A stretch of 64,000 bases of DNA from Octopus sinensis (lineage: Eukaryota): the NCBI RefSeq assembly GCF_006345805.1, contig NC_043012.1, forward strand, positions 33,914,001 to 33,978,000, in the 5' to 3' direction. This document shows positions 62,808-64,000 of this stretch, piece after piece (position 1 is the first letter of the stretch; every line of letters begins with the position of its first letter). The translations under genes were made by a program, and so were the position numbers. The notes beneath the pieces were generated by a model. That model saw only the letters and a program-made list of their open reading frames with translations, made no database searches and had not been told where the DNA came from.

Positions 62808-62903
62808 ATAGCATTTTAGAGTAGTTTATACAAAACCAATCTAAAATTGACTTATTGTCATCACTACTTCAGCAACTACAATAAAGTTTGTGTAGCTGAG
62901 GAG
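62808..62903 (+). CDS. Candidate next or terminal SMYD exon; acceptor and frame unresolved
   Basis: Strong poly-T tract followed by five AGs within 19 nt. Possible readings: IAF*, HFRVVYTKPI*, SSLYKTNLKLTYCHHYFSNYNKVCVAEE|gtatgc, FIQNQSKIDLLSSLLQQLQ*. Confidence 0.4.
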
Positions 62904-63420
62904 GTATGCATAAGACTAAAATATGTCTGTGGTTGTCTCCCATGCTTCCTGAAAAGAATCAGGAGACTGGCTAATATTTATTTCCTTCAGTACATTTATT
63001 TTCAGACGGCATTAACATATTTATGGTTTTGTTTTGGTTGTTTAACCCCGGTCATTCCAAAAGTGACCATCCCATCTTTTTAAACAAATAGTCTAAGACT
63101 ACATTATCCAATTATCCTCCTTTTTTTTTAAAGATGGCAGAATGTGATTTTAGGGAGAGTTGGATGCTGTTTTTAGCAGGTCAAACAATGATTGCCATTG
63201 TTTAGTTGTAGCTCAACCCTGATTCAGGAGATCAAAAAAATGCCAGCTATGACCATCGTCTTATTTCCCTGGCATAGCTGTGAGGTTTCAGGTTCAATCC
63301 CACTCCACAGCACCACAAACAAGTGTCTTCTGTAACACCAGACTGACCAATGCCTTGGAAGTGAATTTGGTAAACAGAGACTGGAGGAAGCCTATTGAAC
63401 GTGTGTGTGTATATATACAT

Positions 63421-64000
63421 ACATCATCATCATCATCATCATCATTTAACGTCCGCTTTCCATGCTAGCATGGGTTGGACGGTTCAACTGGGGTCTGGGG
63501 AGCCCGAAGGCTGCACCAGGCCAGTCAGATCTGGCAGTGTTTCTACAGCTGGATGCCCTTCCTAACGCCAACCACTCCGAGAGTGTAGTGGGTGATTTTA
63601 TGTGCCACCGACACAGGTGCCAGACGAGGCTGGCGAACGGCCACGCTCGGATGGTGTTTTTATGTGCCACCGACACAGGTGCCAGACGAGGCTGGCGAAC
63701 GGCCACGCTCGGATGGTGTTTTTATGTGCCACCGACACAGGTGCCAGACGAGGCTGATGAACGGCCACGATCGGATGGTGTTTCTTACGTGCCCACAGCA
63801 CGGAGGCCAGTCGATGCGGTACTGGCTACGGCCACGTTCGGATGGTTTTCTTGTGTGCCACCGGCACTGGTACCACAAAGATACAAATTCCATTGATGTT
63901 CATCTATTTTGATTTGATTTGATTTGATTTTCACTTGCCTCATCAGGTCTTCACAAGTGTCACAAGAAGGAAGGAAGGTATGCACAGGTGAACTGACAAC
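63421..64000 (-). mobile_element. RTE 3'-UTR fragment with three 62-bp tandem units (63601-63786)
   Basis: (CAT)n, core; tgtgccaccgacacagg starts at 63601, 63663 and 63725. Confidence 0.88.

Noticed and set aside
864-63912. Many short ORFs sharing LQLDALPNANHSESVVGAF or SEWLALGRASSCRNSAR, suggesting a peptide family
   Set aside because: They are chance frames through the RTE 3'-UTR repeat on both strands, with frameshifts and no consistent start or stop.

Overview
AT-rich, repeat-dense eukaryotic DNA. The repeat families resemble those I recall from Octopus (coleoid cephalopod); this taxon call is inference. One protein-coding gene can be reconstructed by hand on the + strand: a SMYD3-like SET-MYND lysine methyltransferase with 11 phase-compatible GT-AG exons from 44979 to 61741. 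Its first coding exon and last exon are unresolved. A phase-compatible candidate first exon lies 32 kb upstream (12956-13081), and the 3' end has a cluster of tandem acceptors at about 62807-62824. The protein departs from the SMYD consensus: DHSC replaces NHSC, and no N-terminal SET half could be found. The rest of the window is mobile DNA: RTE-type LINE fragments with about 25 copies of their (GAT)n-tailed 3' UTR, CR1 3' ends, R4/Dong-like relics, four SINE families, several mariner/Tc1-type lineages (DD34D, DD37D, DD41D), hAT and piggyBac-like MITEs, two Helitron-like copies, foldback elements and microsatellites. No rRNA, true tRNA or CRISPR array is supported. I found no clear novel multi-gene system. 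The best leads are the atypical SMYD gene and the intronic inverted repeats that could form dsRNA.
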